A stretch of 51,608 bases of DNA from an uncultured Anaerolineaceae bacterium (GTDB lineage Bacteria; Chloroflexota; Limnocylindria; Limnocylindrales; CSP1-4), in contig CAZGUS010000003.1 of assembly GCA_964529245.1 (NCBI GenBank), forward strand, positions 1 through 51,608, written 5' to 3'. This document shows, piece after piece, positions 44,087 to 51,608 of the stretch. The first letter of the stretch is position 1. The number at the start of each line of letters is the position of its first letter. The position numbers and the translations under genes were made by a program. The notes under the pieces were generated by a model. It saw nothing but the letters and a program-made list of their open reading frames with translations. It searched no databases and was not told where the DNA came from.

Positions 44087-44965
44087 ATGCGAGTACGCAA
44101 GGCCGTCTTTCCCGTGGCGGGTTGGGGAACCCGCTTTCTACCGGCAACCAAGGCCCTTCCCAAGGAGATGCTCCCGCTCGTTGACAAACCCGTCATCCAG
44201 TACGCCGTCGAGGAGGCGGTCGCGGCCGGCATCGAGCAGGTCATCATCGTCACCAGCAGCCAGAAGCGCGCGATCGAGGATCACTTCGACCTGAACCTGG
44301 AGCTCGAGCAGCTGCTCGAGTCGCGCGGCGACATCGAGATGCTCCGCCAGATCCGGGCCATCTCGGACCTGGCTCAGATCTCCTACGTTCGCCAGAAGGA
44401 ACAGCTCGGACTGGGCCACGCGGTTCTTGTGGCAAAGGAGCTGGTCGGCCACGAACCGTTCGCGGTGATCCTCCCGGACGACGTGGTGGTGGGCGAGCGG
44501 CCCTGCATCGGCCAGTTGATCCACGCCTATCTCCAGACACATTCATCGGTCGTGGGCGTGGCCGAAGTGCCCCATGAGGAGACAGGCCGCTACGGCATCA
44601 TCGACGGGCACCTCGCGGACGGCGGCCTCGACCCGCGCCTCTACAAGGTGTCGGGCCTGGTCGAGAAGCCGGATCCGGCGGTGGCACCCTCGAATCTCGG
44701 CATCATCGGCCGCTACGTACTGACTCCCAAGATCTTCGACAAGCTCGAGCAAACCCAGCCCGGCGCCGGCGGTGAGATCCAGCTGACGGACGCGATCGAA
44801 GCCTTGATGCAGGAACAGGACGTCTACGGGTATGCCGTCGAGGGCAAGCGTTACGACGCCGGCACCACAATGGGCTGGCTGAAAGCGTCCGTCGAGTTGG
44901 CGATGCAGCGTCAGGACATCGGTGACGAGTTCCGGCGATACTTGCAGGGGCTCGACCTTAGCTAG
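44087..44965 (+). CDS. galU: UTP--glucose-1-phosphate uridylyltransferase
   Basis: KAVFPVAGWGTRFLPATKALPKEMLPLVDKPVIQY, VRQKEQLGLGHAV and VEKP motifs. 292 aa. Confidence 0.93.
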   Translation: MRVRKAVFPVAGWGTRFLPATKALPKEMLPLVDKPVIQYAVEEAVAAGIEQVIIVTSSQKRAIEDHFDLNLELEQLLESRGDIEMLRQIRAISDLAQISYVRQKEQLGLGHAVLVAKELVGHEPFAVILPDDVVVGERPCIGQLIHAYLQTHSSVVGVAEVPHEETGRYGIIDGHLADGGLDPRLYKVSGLVEKPDPAVAPSNLGIIGRYVLTPKIFDKLEQTQPGAGGEIQLTDAIEALMQEQDVYGYAVEGKRYDAGTTMGWLKASVELAMQRQDIGDEFRRYLQGLDLS

Positions 44966-44974
44966 TCTTCCCGT

Positions 44975-44995
44975 CGGACCGGCCTCGCCGGTCCG
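44975..44995 (+). terminator. GC-rich hairpin 10 nt after the galU stop (candidate terminator; a T-run follows only about 37 nt later)
   Basis: CGGACCGGC / CTC / GCCGGTCCG, a 9-bp perfect stem with a 3-nt loop. TATTTTG at 45030-45036. Confidence 0.5.
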
Positions 44996-45049
44996 GGGCA
45001 GTCGATCAAACTCCGGGACAAACCGGAGCCGGTATTTTGAGGAATTTCT

Positions 45050-46966
45050 GTGGCCGAGATCGGACAGGTAATCGGGGGGCGCTACCGGCTCCTGGAGCTG
45101 CGCGGGGAGGACGCCGTCTCGACGGTCTTCCGCGCCAGCGATGCCGAGAATGGCCGAGTCGTGGCTGTCAGGTGGCTTCGCCCCGAGCTCGGCGCCGATC
45201 CGGACTTCATGGCCGAGTTCCGGCTGGCGATGCGCGCGGCGGCCGGCCTGGAGCAGCCCAACCTCGTGGCCATCTACGACTTCGGGGTTGAGGGCAAAGA
45301 CGCCTTCGTAGTCACCGAGTTTGTGGACGGGCAGGAGCTGGGCTCGCTACTGGCGCGGAACGGCCCCGTTCCGCCGCGGAGGGCGGCCAGCGTCGCAAGC
45401 GTGGTCGCCGAGGCGGTGGCCGCGGCCCACGAGCGTGGCATCGTCCACGGCGGCGTTCGGTCGGGCAGCGTGCTCGTCACCCGCGATGGGCAGATCAAGC
45501 TCGCCGACCTCGGGCTCGCGCGCGCCCTGGCCGAGTCGTCGATGCGGCCGGCGCTCTCCGTAGAGGAGGCCTGGTATCAGAGCCCCGAACAGGCCAGGGG
45601 TCGGCGCGCCACCGACGCGTCGGACATCTACGCGCTGGGCGTGCTGCTGTTCGAGCTGCTCACCGGCCGAGGGCCATGGGACGGCGTCACCGCCGACGCG
45701 ATCGCGAAGGCCAGGCTGGCCGATCCGAACCCCGCGCCGTCCGACTTCCAGGGTGGCCTACCGGCCGAGCTGGAAGCCATCGTACGCAGGGCCATGGCCA
45801 CCGACCCGACGCGGCGATTCGACTCGGCCGGGACGCTCGCGACGGCGCTCGACGACGTGATCGCTCGGCTCGACGCCCTGCTCTCGATGCAGTCGGACGA
45901 CGACGTCGACGATGCGCCGGCGGTGCCCACCACCACCTACGTGACCCCCGAAACCGAATTCGTGGCCCCGCCTTACTCCCGTCCCGGCGCCGCGCCGGCC
46001 GATCCCACGCTCGTGTCTCCCCCGATCCCGCCCGTGCCGGTGGTGCCGCCCGTAGTCGTGCCGCCGGTATTGCCGGTCCCGCCGGCGGCGCCGCCGGTTC
46101 GCCGCCCCAACCCGACGGCGCACGTGGTGTACGCCCCCGATGCCTACGCCGACGACGCGGCGGCCGAGGACGACTTCGGCGCCGCGGCCCGCGGGCGAAG
46201 CGGCTACTCTCCCGACGGGCTGGCAAACCGCGTGACCCGCCGCATCAATCCGATCGAGCCCGATGCGGAGGAGTTCGAGGAGGAGGCGAACCCCGTCAGC
46301 ACCTGGGCCTGGGTCGCCGGCTTCCTGGCGCTCTTCCTGGTCACTCTGATCGGATTGACGATCTACCTGCTCATCAGCCGCGGATCCTCGGGCGGCACCG
46401 TTTACGCTCCCGATCTGGTGAACGTTTCGTACAGCGTCGCCGAGCAGACCGCCCAGGCCGCCGGACTGCAGATCTCGGTGTCGGCCACAGCGACCAACGA
46501 CGGCACACAAACCGATCAGACGATCGTGTCCCAGAACCCTGCATCCGGGGCCGCCATGAGCGCCGGCGGCACCATCTACGTGGTTGTCGTCAGCGGCACG
46601 GCCACGGTCGTAGTGCCCGACGTTCGCGATCTGACCGAGAGCGACGCGCTCAACGCCCTCGCGTCGGCAGGCCTGACCGCGGGCGACCGAACCGAGGCGT
46701 ACGATCCGACGATCCCGGAGGGTCAGGTCGTCAGCAGCAACCCGAAGGTGGGCTTGACGGTCCTGAAGGGTTCGCCGGTCGACTACGTCGTCTCGATGGG
46801 CCCGCAGCCGTCGCCCTCGCCGACCGACTCCGCGACGCCTTCGCCCAGCCCCACTCCGACCCCGACCCCGGCGCCCACTCCGACCCCGACCCCGGCGCCC
46901 ACTCCGACCCCGACCCCGACTCCGACTCCGACCCCCACCAAGGCGCCGACGGCCAGCCCCTCGTAG
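45050..46966 (+). CDS. PknB-like membrane protein with a degenerate (pseudo)kinase domain, one TM helix, 2 PASTA domains and a Pro/Thr-repeat tail
   Basis: GAGGA RBS 6 nt before GTG. Kinase fold retained (SPEQARG, SDIYALGVLLFELLTG) but catalytic motifs are altered (see finding). TM WAWVAGFLALFLVTLIGLTIYLLI. PASTA units VYAPDLVNVSY...IVSQNPASG and VVVPDVRDLTE...VVSSNPKVG. Confidence 0.85.
   Translation: MAEIGQVIGGRYRLLELRGEDAVSTVFRASDAENGRVVAVRWLRPELGADPDFMAEFRLAMRAAAGLEQPNLVAIYDFGVEGKDAFVVTEFVDGQELGSLLARNGPVPPRRAASVASVVAEAVAAAHERGIVHGGVRSGSVLVTRDGQIKLADLGLARALAESSMRPALSVEEAWYQSPEQARGRRATDASDIYALGVLLFELLTGRGPWDGVTADAIAKARLADPNPAPSDFQGGLPAELEAIVRRAMATDPTRRFDSAGTLATALDDVIARLDALLSMQSDDDVDDAPAVPTTTYVTPETEFVAPPYSRPGAAPADPTLVSPPIPPVPVVPPVVVPPVLPVPPAAPPVRRPNPTAHVVYAPDAYADDAAAEDDFGAAARGRSGYSPDGLANRVTRRINPIEPDAEEFEEEANPVSTWAWVAGFLALFLVTLIGLTIYLLISRGSSGGTVYAPDLVNVSYSVAEQTAQAAGLQISVSATATNDGTQTDQTIVSQNPASGAAMSAGGTIYVVVVSGTATVVVPDVRDLTESDALNALASAGLTAGDRTEAYDPTIPEGQVVSSNPKVGLTVLKGSPVDYVVSMGPQPSPSPTDSATPSPSPTPTPTPAPTPTPTPAPTPTPTPTPTPTPTKAPTASPS
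46849..46940 (+). repeat. 24-bp tandem repeat (CCCACTCCGACCCCGACCCCGGCG, about 3.8 copies) encoding PTPTPTPA units
   Basis: Perfect copies start at 46849 and 46873, with a degenerate extension from 46897. Lies in the C-terminal tail of the PASTA protein. Confidence 0.85.
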
Positions 46967-47033
46967 GTCCGAATCTCCCGCCGTCGAATCGCCTGCGGGC
47001 CGGTCGCCCCAAACTCGGCGTCGACCGGACCGC

Positions 47034-48239
47034 TCAGGTGGTGGTCAGCGATGTGGTCGCCTGGATCTGATCGCCGGACGCGGTGCTGACCAGCACCGTC
47101 GCAGCGCCGACGCCCGGCGTCGCCCCTGAGATCGTCACCTTCCACGTGGCCGTACCGGTCTGATCCGTGATCAGCTGGGGCGAGACGATCGGTCCCAGAC
47201 CGGCCACGGACACGGTGAACGTGACCTGCGCTCCCGCCAGCGGACCGCCGTTGGAAGAGGTGGCGTGCGCCGTGAGCCTTATCGTCGTGGGTCCTTTGGC
47301 CCCGAACCTGGCGGGCGATACCGACAGATGTGCCCCCAGTGATCCGAACGCTCGTTTGACGGTCAGCTGAGCCGTGCTCACGTTCCCGGCCTGATCGGTA
47401 GCCGTGATCGCGATGGAGTTCGATCCCGCGACCAGGCCTACCGTTATTGCGAACAGGCCGTCCGGCCCGACAACCTTGCTGCTCAGCTCGCCGCCCGGAG
47501 CCTGCTTGTTGCGGACCGTCACCGTGGCGCCGGGGTCGGTCTTGCCGGAGATGACGGCCGAGCTGCCGGATTGCGTGCTGCCGTCGGCCGGCGAACCGAT
47601 GGACAGTTTGGGCGGTACCGTGTCGAGGATGTAGACGACCTCCGGCGACGGCTGACCCTCCACGCTGGGGGTCACGAGCGCAGCGGCAAAGGTGTTGGTG
47701 CCCTCGGCCAGCGGGACGGCGGGCGTGCTGAAATGCGCGGTCGCGCCGACGTTGACCAACGCGACCTGGCTTCGCGTCCCACTCGAGGCGATGGCGTAGA
47801 CCCTCACGCTGTAGCCCGTCTTGCCGACGGCCGCCGCGGGAACGCTGCCCGACAGGGAAATCGTGGGCTGGTTCGTGTAGCCGCCGTTCGAGGGCGCGTC
47901 GAGGACCGGTGTGTCGAGGGCCACGCCCGAAGGCGCCACGGTCGCCGGCGCCTGGGACGAGACCTTCGAGATGGCGCCGTCGAACGCCTGCGCGACCTGG
48001 CCGACCACACTGACAAGGATGTTTCCACCCACGATCAGCATCGCGACGCCCATCACCAGGAACAGCGCGATCACGCCGATGCCGATCGGCGCCGGAACGC
48101 CCTTGCTGGTCCGGACCGGTCGATATCGGCGAACCAGGTTGCTTGCTGGAGCGGAGGCCCTTATCTGATGGGTTCGGAGCCGGTCGCCCGACGGCGGCAG
48201 GGGTCGAACGTGGGCCGCTCGGCGTTCTCGCATCGGCAT
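47034..48239 (-). CDS. single-pass membrane protein with tandem bacterial Ig-like (Big) domains
   Basis: TM IGIGVIALFLVMGVAMLIVGG. Thr/Ser/Val/Gly-rich beta-sandwich-like repeats (TNTFAAALVTPS, NSIAITATDQAGNVS). The alternative 490-aa frame is Arg/Gly-rich. Confidence 0.7.
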   Translation of the reverse strand: MPMRERRAAHVRPLPPSGDRLRTHQIRASAPASNLVRRYRPVRTSKGVPAPIGIGVIALFLVMGVAMLIVGGNILVSVVGQVAQAFDGAISKVSSQAPATVAPSGVALDTPVLDAPSNGGYTNQPTISLSGSVPAAAVGKTGYSVRVYAIASSGTRSQVALVNVGATAHFSTPAVPLAEGTNTFAAALVTPSVEGQPSPEVVYILDTVPPKLSIGSPADGSTQSGSSAVISGKTDPGATVTVRNKQAPGGELSSKVVGPDGLFAITVGLVAGSNSIAITATDQAGNVSTAQLTVKRAFGSLGAHLSVSPARFGAKGPTTIRLTAHATSSNGGPLAGAQVTFTVSVAGLGPIVSPQLITDQTGTATWKVTISGATPGVGAATVLVSTASGDQIQATTSLTTT

Positions 48240-48555
48240 GGCTCCATTGTCGCATCAGTCGGGTGTAGTCCGGGGCGGCAGTTTCTCGCTTGCCTGTTGC
48301 CCGCCGCCGCCGACTACCCCTTTGAACGGCCAGCCCGCCCGCCGCGTGACGAGCGTGCGCATTGCGGGCGGATGGATGTACTCTGCTGCAGAGAGCGGAC
48401 TTTCAGGAGTGTTCGCTACGGTACGAGGCTTACTGGTGGAGGCTCGCAACCCCAGGCCCAATCGGCCCCGCACCCCTGACGCCGGCGCCGCCGGTCGCCA
48501 GGAAACTCGTGTGGGACCAGACCTGGCGCCGTTGCGAAGCGGCCCCCAGCCGACG

Positions 48556-48936
48556 ATGAACGGGCGGTTCGGCCCGCGACCAACGGCGTCTTTCCCGGCT
48601 TCGAGCCGGACGGCGAGCCGAACCCTGCCGGTCATCACCCACCGCGAAACCGCTCAGCCCAGCCGCTACCCTTCGATGCCCGGCGTCCGATCCGGCTTTG
48701 GGCTGCCGAACCTGCGCCGCAACGTCTGCCCGCACTTCTACATGACCGGCAGCCGCGGCGCGATCCCGATCCAGGCCCCGCATCTTCTGAAGGCACTCAT
48801 CCGCCAGGAGCAGAACGTCTCGCGCTGCCAGCTGCGCGGCGGCGTTCACCTCGAGCAGGGCTATGTGAACGACGTCTGCCTTACGCCGCGATTCAACCAG
48901 TGCGTCTTCTACGAAGACGAACTGACGAAGGATTGA
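48556..48936 (+). CDS. small Cys-containing hypothetical protein ending at the folC start
   Basis: The C-terminal 80 codons have strong third-position G+C bias (RNVCPHFYMTG...RCQLRGG...DVCLTPRFNQCVFYEDELTKD). Start uncertain (ATG 48556 or ATG 48676). No family recognised. Confidence 0.45.
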   Translation: MNGRFGPRPTASFPASSRTASRTLPVITHRETAQPSRYPSMPGVRSGFGLPNLRRNVCPHFYMTGSRGAIPIQAPHLLKALIRQEQNVSRCQLRGGVHLEQGYVNDVCLTPRFNQCVFYEDELTKD

Positions 48937-50375
48937 CCAGGCGCATCGCCCGCTCTCGCCCGACCCTCGGCTACCCGGAGGCGCTCGCGGCTCTCGAGTC
49001 GCGCGGCCGGTTTGGGATTCACCTGGGGCTGGCCAGGACGCGGGCGCTCCTGGCAGCGCTCGACCACCCGGAGCGTTCCTTTCGCGGCGCGCTGATCGCC
49101 GGAACCAATGGCAAGGGCAGCGTCCTGGCCATGGTCGCCGCCGCGCTCCAGGCTGCCGGCTACCGGACCGGGGCCACTCCCAAGCCCCACCTGGTCACCT
49201 ATCGCGAGCGGCTGCAGATCGACGGCCTGCCGGTTGATCCCGAGACCTTCGGTCGCGTCGCCGGCGACGTGCTGGCGCTCGCCGACCGCGTTGCCCGGCG
49301 CCACGGCGAGCCGACGGAGTTCGAACTGCTGACGGCGATAACGTTCCGCTGGTTCGCCGAGGCCGGCATCGATCTGGCGGTCGTCGAAGTCGGCCTCGGA
49401 GGGCGGCTCGACGCCACCCACGCCTGGGACGGCGGCGTGGCAGTGGTGACGAACGTCTCGCTCGACCACATGGACCGGCTGGGTTCGACGGTCGAAGCGA
49501 TCGCACACGAGAAGGCGGCGATCATCATGCGCGGCGACGAAGCGGTGACGGGCGCCTGGGGCGGGGCCCTCGGGGTGGTCCGGCGTCGCAGCCGCCGCGT
49601 CGCGGCCCCGCTCCGGGTCGTGGCGCCGGCGCCGTTGCTCGGATTTGATCGGGACGGGATCGAGGTCGAGCTCGGGCGACTCGGATCGGTTCGCGTGGCG
49701 CTCAGGGGCCGCCATCAGGCCGCGAACGCGGCGGTCGCCGACGCCACGCTGGATGCGCTCGAGACGGCCGGCATCGCTCGAGTCGGCCCCGACGCTCGTC
49801 GGGCGGGGTACGCGTCGGTGCGCTGGCCGGGGCGGCTGGAGTTGGTCGAGGTCGCGGGCCGGGAAGTCATCCTGGACGGCGCCCACAACCCGGCCGGGGC
49901 GGCGACCCTCGCCCAAGCTCTCGACGACCTGGCGCCGTTCATGGCACCCGGCCGCCCGACCCTCGTCGTGGCGGTGATGGCCGACAAAGACGTGGATGGA
50001 GTCCTGGGCGCCATGGCCGGCGCCGGCCTGCTCCGGGATGCTCGAGTGATCTGCACTGCCCCGGCGGGCGGCCGCGCCCTTCCGCCCGAGCAGCTCGCCG
50101 CCCGCTGGGCAGCCGCGGCGGCCGCGGCGGCCCAGCGTGGTTCCGGCACCGGCCGGCCCGGCACCGGTGATTCCGGGGTCGAGTCCATCGCCGAGCCCCG
50201 AGCTGCGCTGGATGCGGCGATGAGCAGTGGTTCCGGCCCCGTGATCGTCGCCGGCTCCCTCTACCTCGTCGGGGCGGCGCGGGCCATACTCGTTGCCGAC
50301 CCGCGTCTGGTGCCCGATCCGGCGCCGGCGCCGTCCGCCGTATCGCCCTCACCGCCGGAGGATCCGCCTCGATGA
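48933..50375 (+). CDS. folC: bifunctional folylpolyglutamate synthase/dihydrofolate synthase
   Basis: P-loop IAGTNGKGS, HLVTYRERL, EVGLGGRLDATH, DGAHNPAG. TTG 48933 overlaps the upstream stop (ATTGA); GTG 48900 is an alternative. Confidence 0.88.
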   Translation: MTRRIARSRPTLGYPEALAALESRGRFGIHLGLARTRALLAALDHPERSFRGALIAGTNGKGSVLAMVAAALQAAGYRTGATPKPHLVTYRERLQIDGLPVDPETFGRVAGDVLALADRVARRHGEPTEFELLTAITFRWFAEAGIDLAVVEVGLGGRLDATHAWDGGVAVVTNVSLDHMDRLGSTVEAIAHEKAAIIMRGDEAVTGAWGGALGVVRRRSRRVAAPLRVVAPAPLLGFDRDGIEVELGRLGSVRVALRGRHQAANAAVADATLDALETAGIARVGPDARRAGYASVRWPGRLELVEVAGREVILDGAHNPAGAATLAQALDDLAPFMAPGRPTLVVAVMADKDVDGVLGAMAGAGLLRDARVICTAPAGGRALPPEQLAARWAAAAAAAAQRGSGTGRPGTGDSGVESIAEPRAALDAAMSSGSGPVIVAGSLYLVGAARAILVADPRLVPDPAPAPSAVSPSPPEDPPR

Positions 50376-51244
50376 GCGCCGCCCCGCCGCTCCCGCCGAC
50401 TCGCATCGGCCCGACCGCGTTCGAGTGGGGAAGCCGCACCTACGTCATGGGAATCGTGAACGTCACGCCCGACTCGTTCTCCGGCGACGGCCTGCTGGCG
50501 GCCCGCGCGGGCGACGCCGGAGCTGCGACCGATGCGGCCGTCGCGCAGGCGCGGCGCATGGTCGAAGAGGGCGCCGACATCCTGGACGTCGGCGGGGAGT
50601 CGACGCGGCCGGGCCACGCGCCCGTCTCTTCGGCCGACGAAACCGCCCGCGTCGTGCCCGTCATCGCCGCGATTCGCGCCGCGCTGCCGGGCATCCCGAT
50701 CAGCGTCGACACCAGCAAGGCCCGCGTCGCCGAGGCGGCCCTCGACGCCGGGGCCGTGCTGCTCAACGACGTCTGGGGGGTTGGGCGCGACGACGCCATG
50801 GCCCGCCTCGCCGGGGAGCGGCGCGTTCCGCTCGTCGTCATGCACTATCGCGAGACCGCCCAGTACGCCGACTTCGTGGCCGAGCTCCTGGCCGATCTGC
50901 GCGCGGCACTCGACAGGGCCCGGAGGGCCGGCGTCGCGCGCGAGAACCTGATCGTCGACCCGGGCTTCGGCTTCGGCAAGACGCCGGAGCACAATCTCGA
51001 GGTCATGCGCCACCTGCCCGAGCTGCGCGAGCTCGGCTTCCCCGTCCTTCTGGGCACCTCGCGCAAGTCGACCCTGGGCCGCGTCCTCGGCGGAGTCCCG
51101 CCGGAGGAGCGTTTGGAGGCCACGCTCGCCACAACCGCGCTCGGCATTGCCGGAGGCGTGGACATGATCCGCGTCCACGACGTCCTGGCCAACGTTCGGG
51201 CCGCTCGCATGAGCGACGCCATAGTTCGAGGAGTTGTCCAGTGA
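50372..51244 (+). CDS. folP: dihydropteroate synthase
   Basis: MGIVNVTPDSFSGDG, DILDVGGESTRPG, ISVDT, LLNDV, DPGFGFGKT, RVHDV. ATGA overlap with folC. Confidence 0.93.
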   Translation: MSAAPPLPPTRIGPTAFEWGSRTYVMGIVNVTPDSFSGDGLLAARAGDAGAATDAAVAQARRMVEEGADILDVGGESTRPGHAPVSSADETARVVPVIAAIRAALPGIPISVDTSKARVAEAALDAGAVLLNDVWGVGRDDAMARLAGERRVPLVVMHYRETAQYADFVAELLADLRAALDRARRAGVARENLIVDPGFGFGKTPEHNLEVMRHLPELRELGFPVLLGTSRKSTLGRVLGGVPPEERLEATLATTALGIAGGVDMIRVHDVLANVRAARMSDAIVRGVVQ

Positions 51245-51608
51245 CCGATCGAATCGTCCTGACGAACATGATCTTCGACGGCAGGCATGGCGTGGGTGAA
51301 GCCGAACGGTCGACCTCCCAGCCGTTCGAAGTCGACGTCGAGGTCCACCTGGACACCCGGCCGGCCGGGCTGGCCGACGACCTGTCGCGAACGGTCGACT
51401 ACCGCGACGTATTCGAGATCTGCCGTTCGGTCGTCGAGGGCCGGAGCCGCCAGCTGATCGAGACGCTGGCCGAGTCGATCGCGGCGGAGGTGCTGGAGCG
51501 CTCGGCGCCCGCGGGAGCCACTGAAGTGGTGGTCCGTATCCGCAAGCCTCAGGCGCCGCTTCCCGGCCGGTTCGACCACGCCGCCGTCGAGATCACGCGC
51601 CGCCGCGA
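51241..51608 (+). CDS. folB: dihydroneopterin aldolase (3' end cut by the window edge)
   Basis: GTG 51241 overlaps the folP stop (GTGA). DRIVLTNMIFDGRHGVGEAERSTSQPFEVDVEV...DYRDVFE...LIETLAE. No stop before position 51608. Confidence 0.85.
   Translation, partial: MTDRIVLTNMIFDGRHGVGEAERSTSQPFEVDVEVHLDTRPAGLADDLSRTVDYRDVFEICRSVVEGRSRQLIETLAESIAAEVLERSAPAGATEVVVRIRKPQAPLPGRFDHAAVEITRRR

Noticed and set aside
46783-48255. 490-aa minus-strand ORF in an alternative frame to the Ig-like membrane protein
   Set aside because: Arg/Gly/Asp-rich and runs into the PT-repeat of the convergent gene. The 401-aa frame has a TM helix, Ig-like composition and better third-position G+C.

Overview
G+C-rich (by eye about 70%) chromosomal segment, densely coding on both strands. 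I call 48 CDS, one tRNA-Glu(TTC), five in-frame coding tandem repeats and a few hairpin or promoter-like elements. One CDS is cut by the right edge and one may be cut by the left edge. I saw no rRNA, CRISPR array, transposase, integrase or phage gene, so this looks like core chromosome rather than a mobile island. Gene content suggests a high-GC Terrabacteria-type organism (inference only): PASTA-domain kinase-like protein, DipZ, LpqI-like GH3 lipoprotein, DUF385/F420-type reductase and many lipobox proteins.

Gene order, left to right:
- membrane protein, tRNA-Glu, GH3 lipoprotein, signal peptidase I
- DUF385 reductase, HIRAN-like protein, VanW
- YeaQ/GlsB and CsbD stress proteins, HEAT protein, aldo/keto reductase
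- zinc-ribbon LURP-one/YxjI-like protein
- three exported proteins: lipoprotein, 7-blade Kelch lipoprotein, GH25/DUF1906-like
- 2-hydroxyacid dehydrogenase, MFS transporter, NTF2-like and pirin, small proteins, DUF4395, alpha/beta hydrolase
- a redox island (about 20.6-34.5 kb)
- membrane proteins, DUF5666 repeat protein, DipZ
- a 1264-aa metzincin with 4 FN3 domains and 3 copies of an unassigned repeat
- galU, a PASTA-domain pseudokinase, an Ig-like membrane protein, folC-folP-folB

Best candidate for an undescribed system is the redox island. A translationally coupled hoxEFUYH-hoxW group-3d-type [NiFe] hydrogenase operon is preceded on the same strand by a 10TM-PAS-GGDEF-EAL c-di-GMP enzyme. 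This unit shares a 495-bp divergent control region with nifJ (PFOR) plus a tightly coupled DHOD-like flavoprotein of unassigned role.

Other notable items are the catalytically dead PASTA kinase homologue, the unassigned 135-aa triple repeat at the protease C-terminus, and a signal peptidase I with a lipobox.

All family calls come from motif recognition by eye. No database search or HMM was run.
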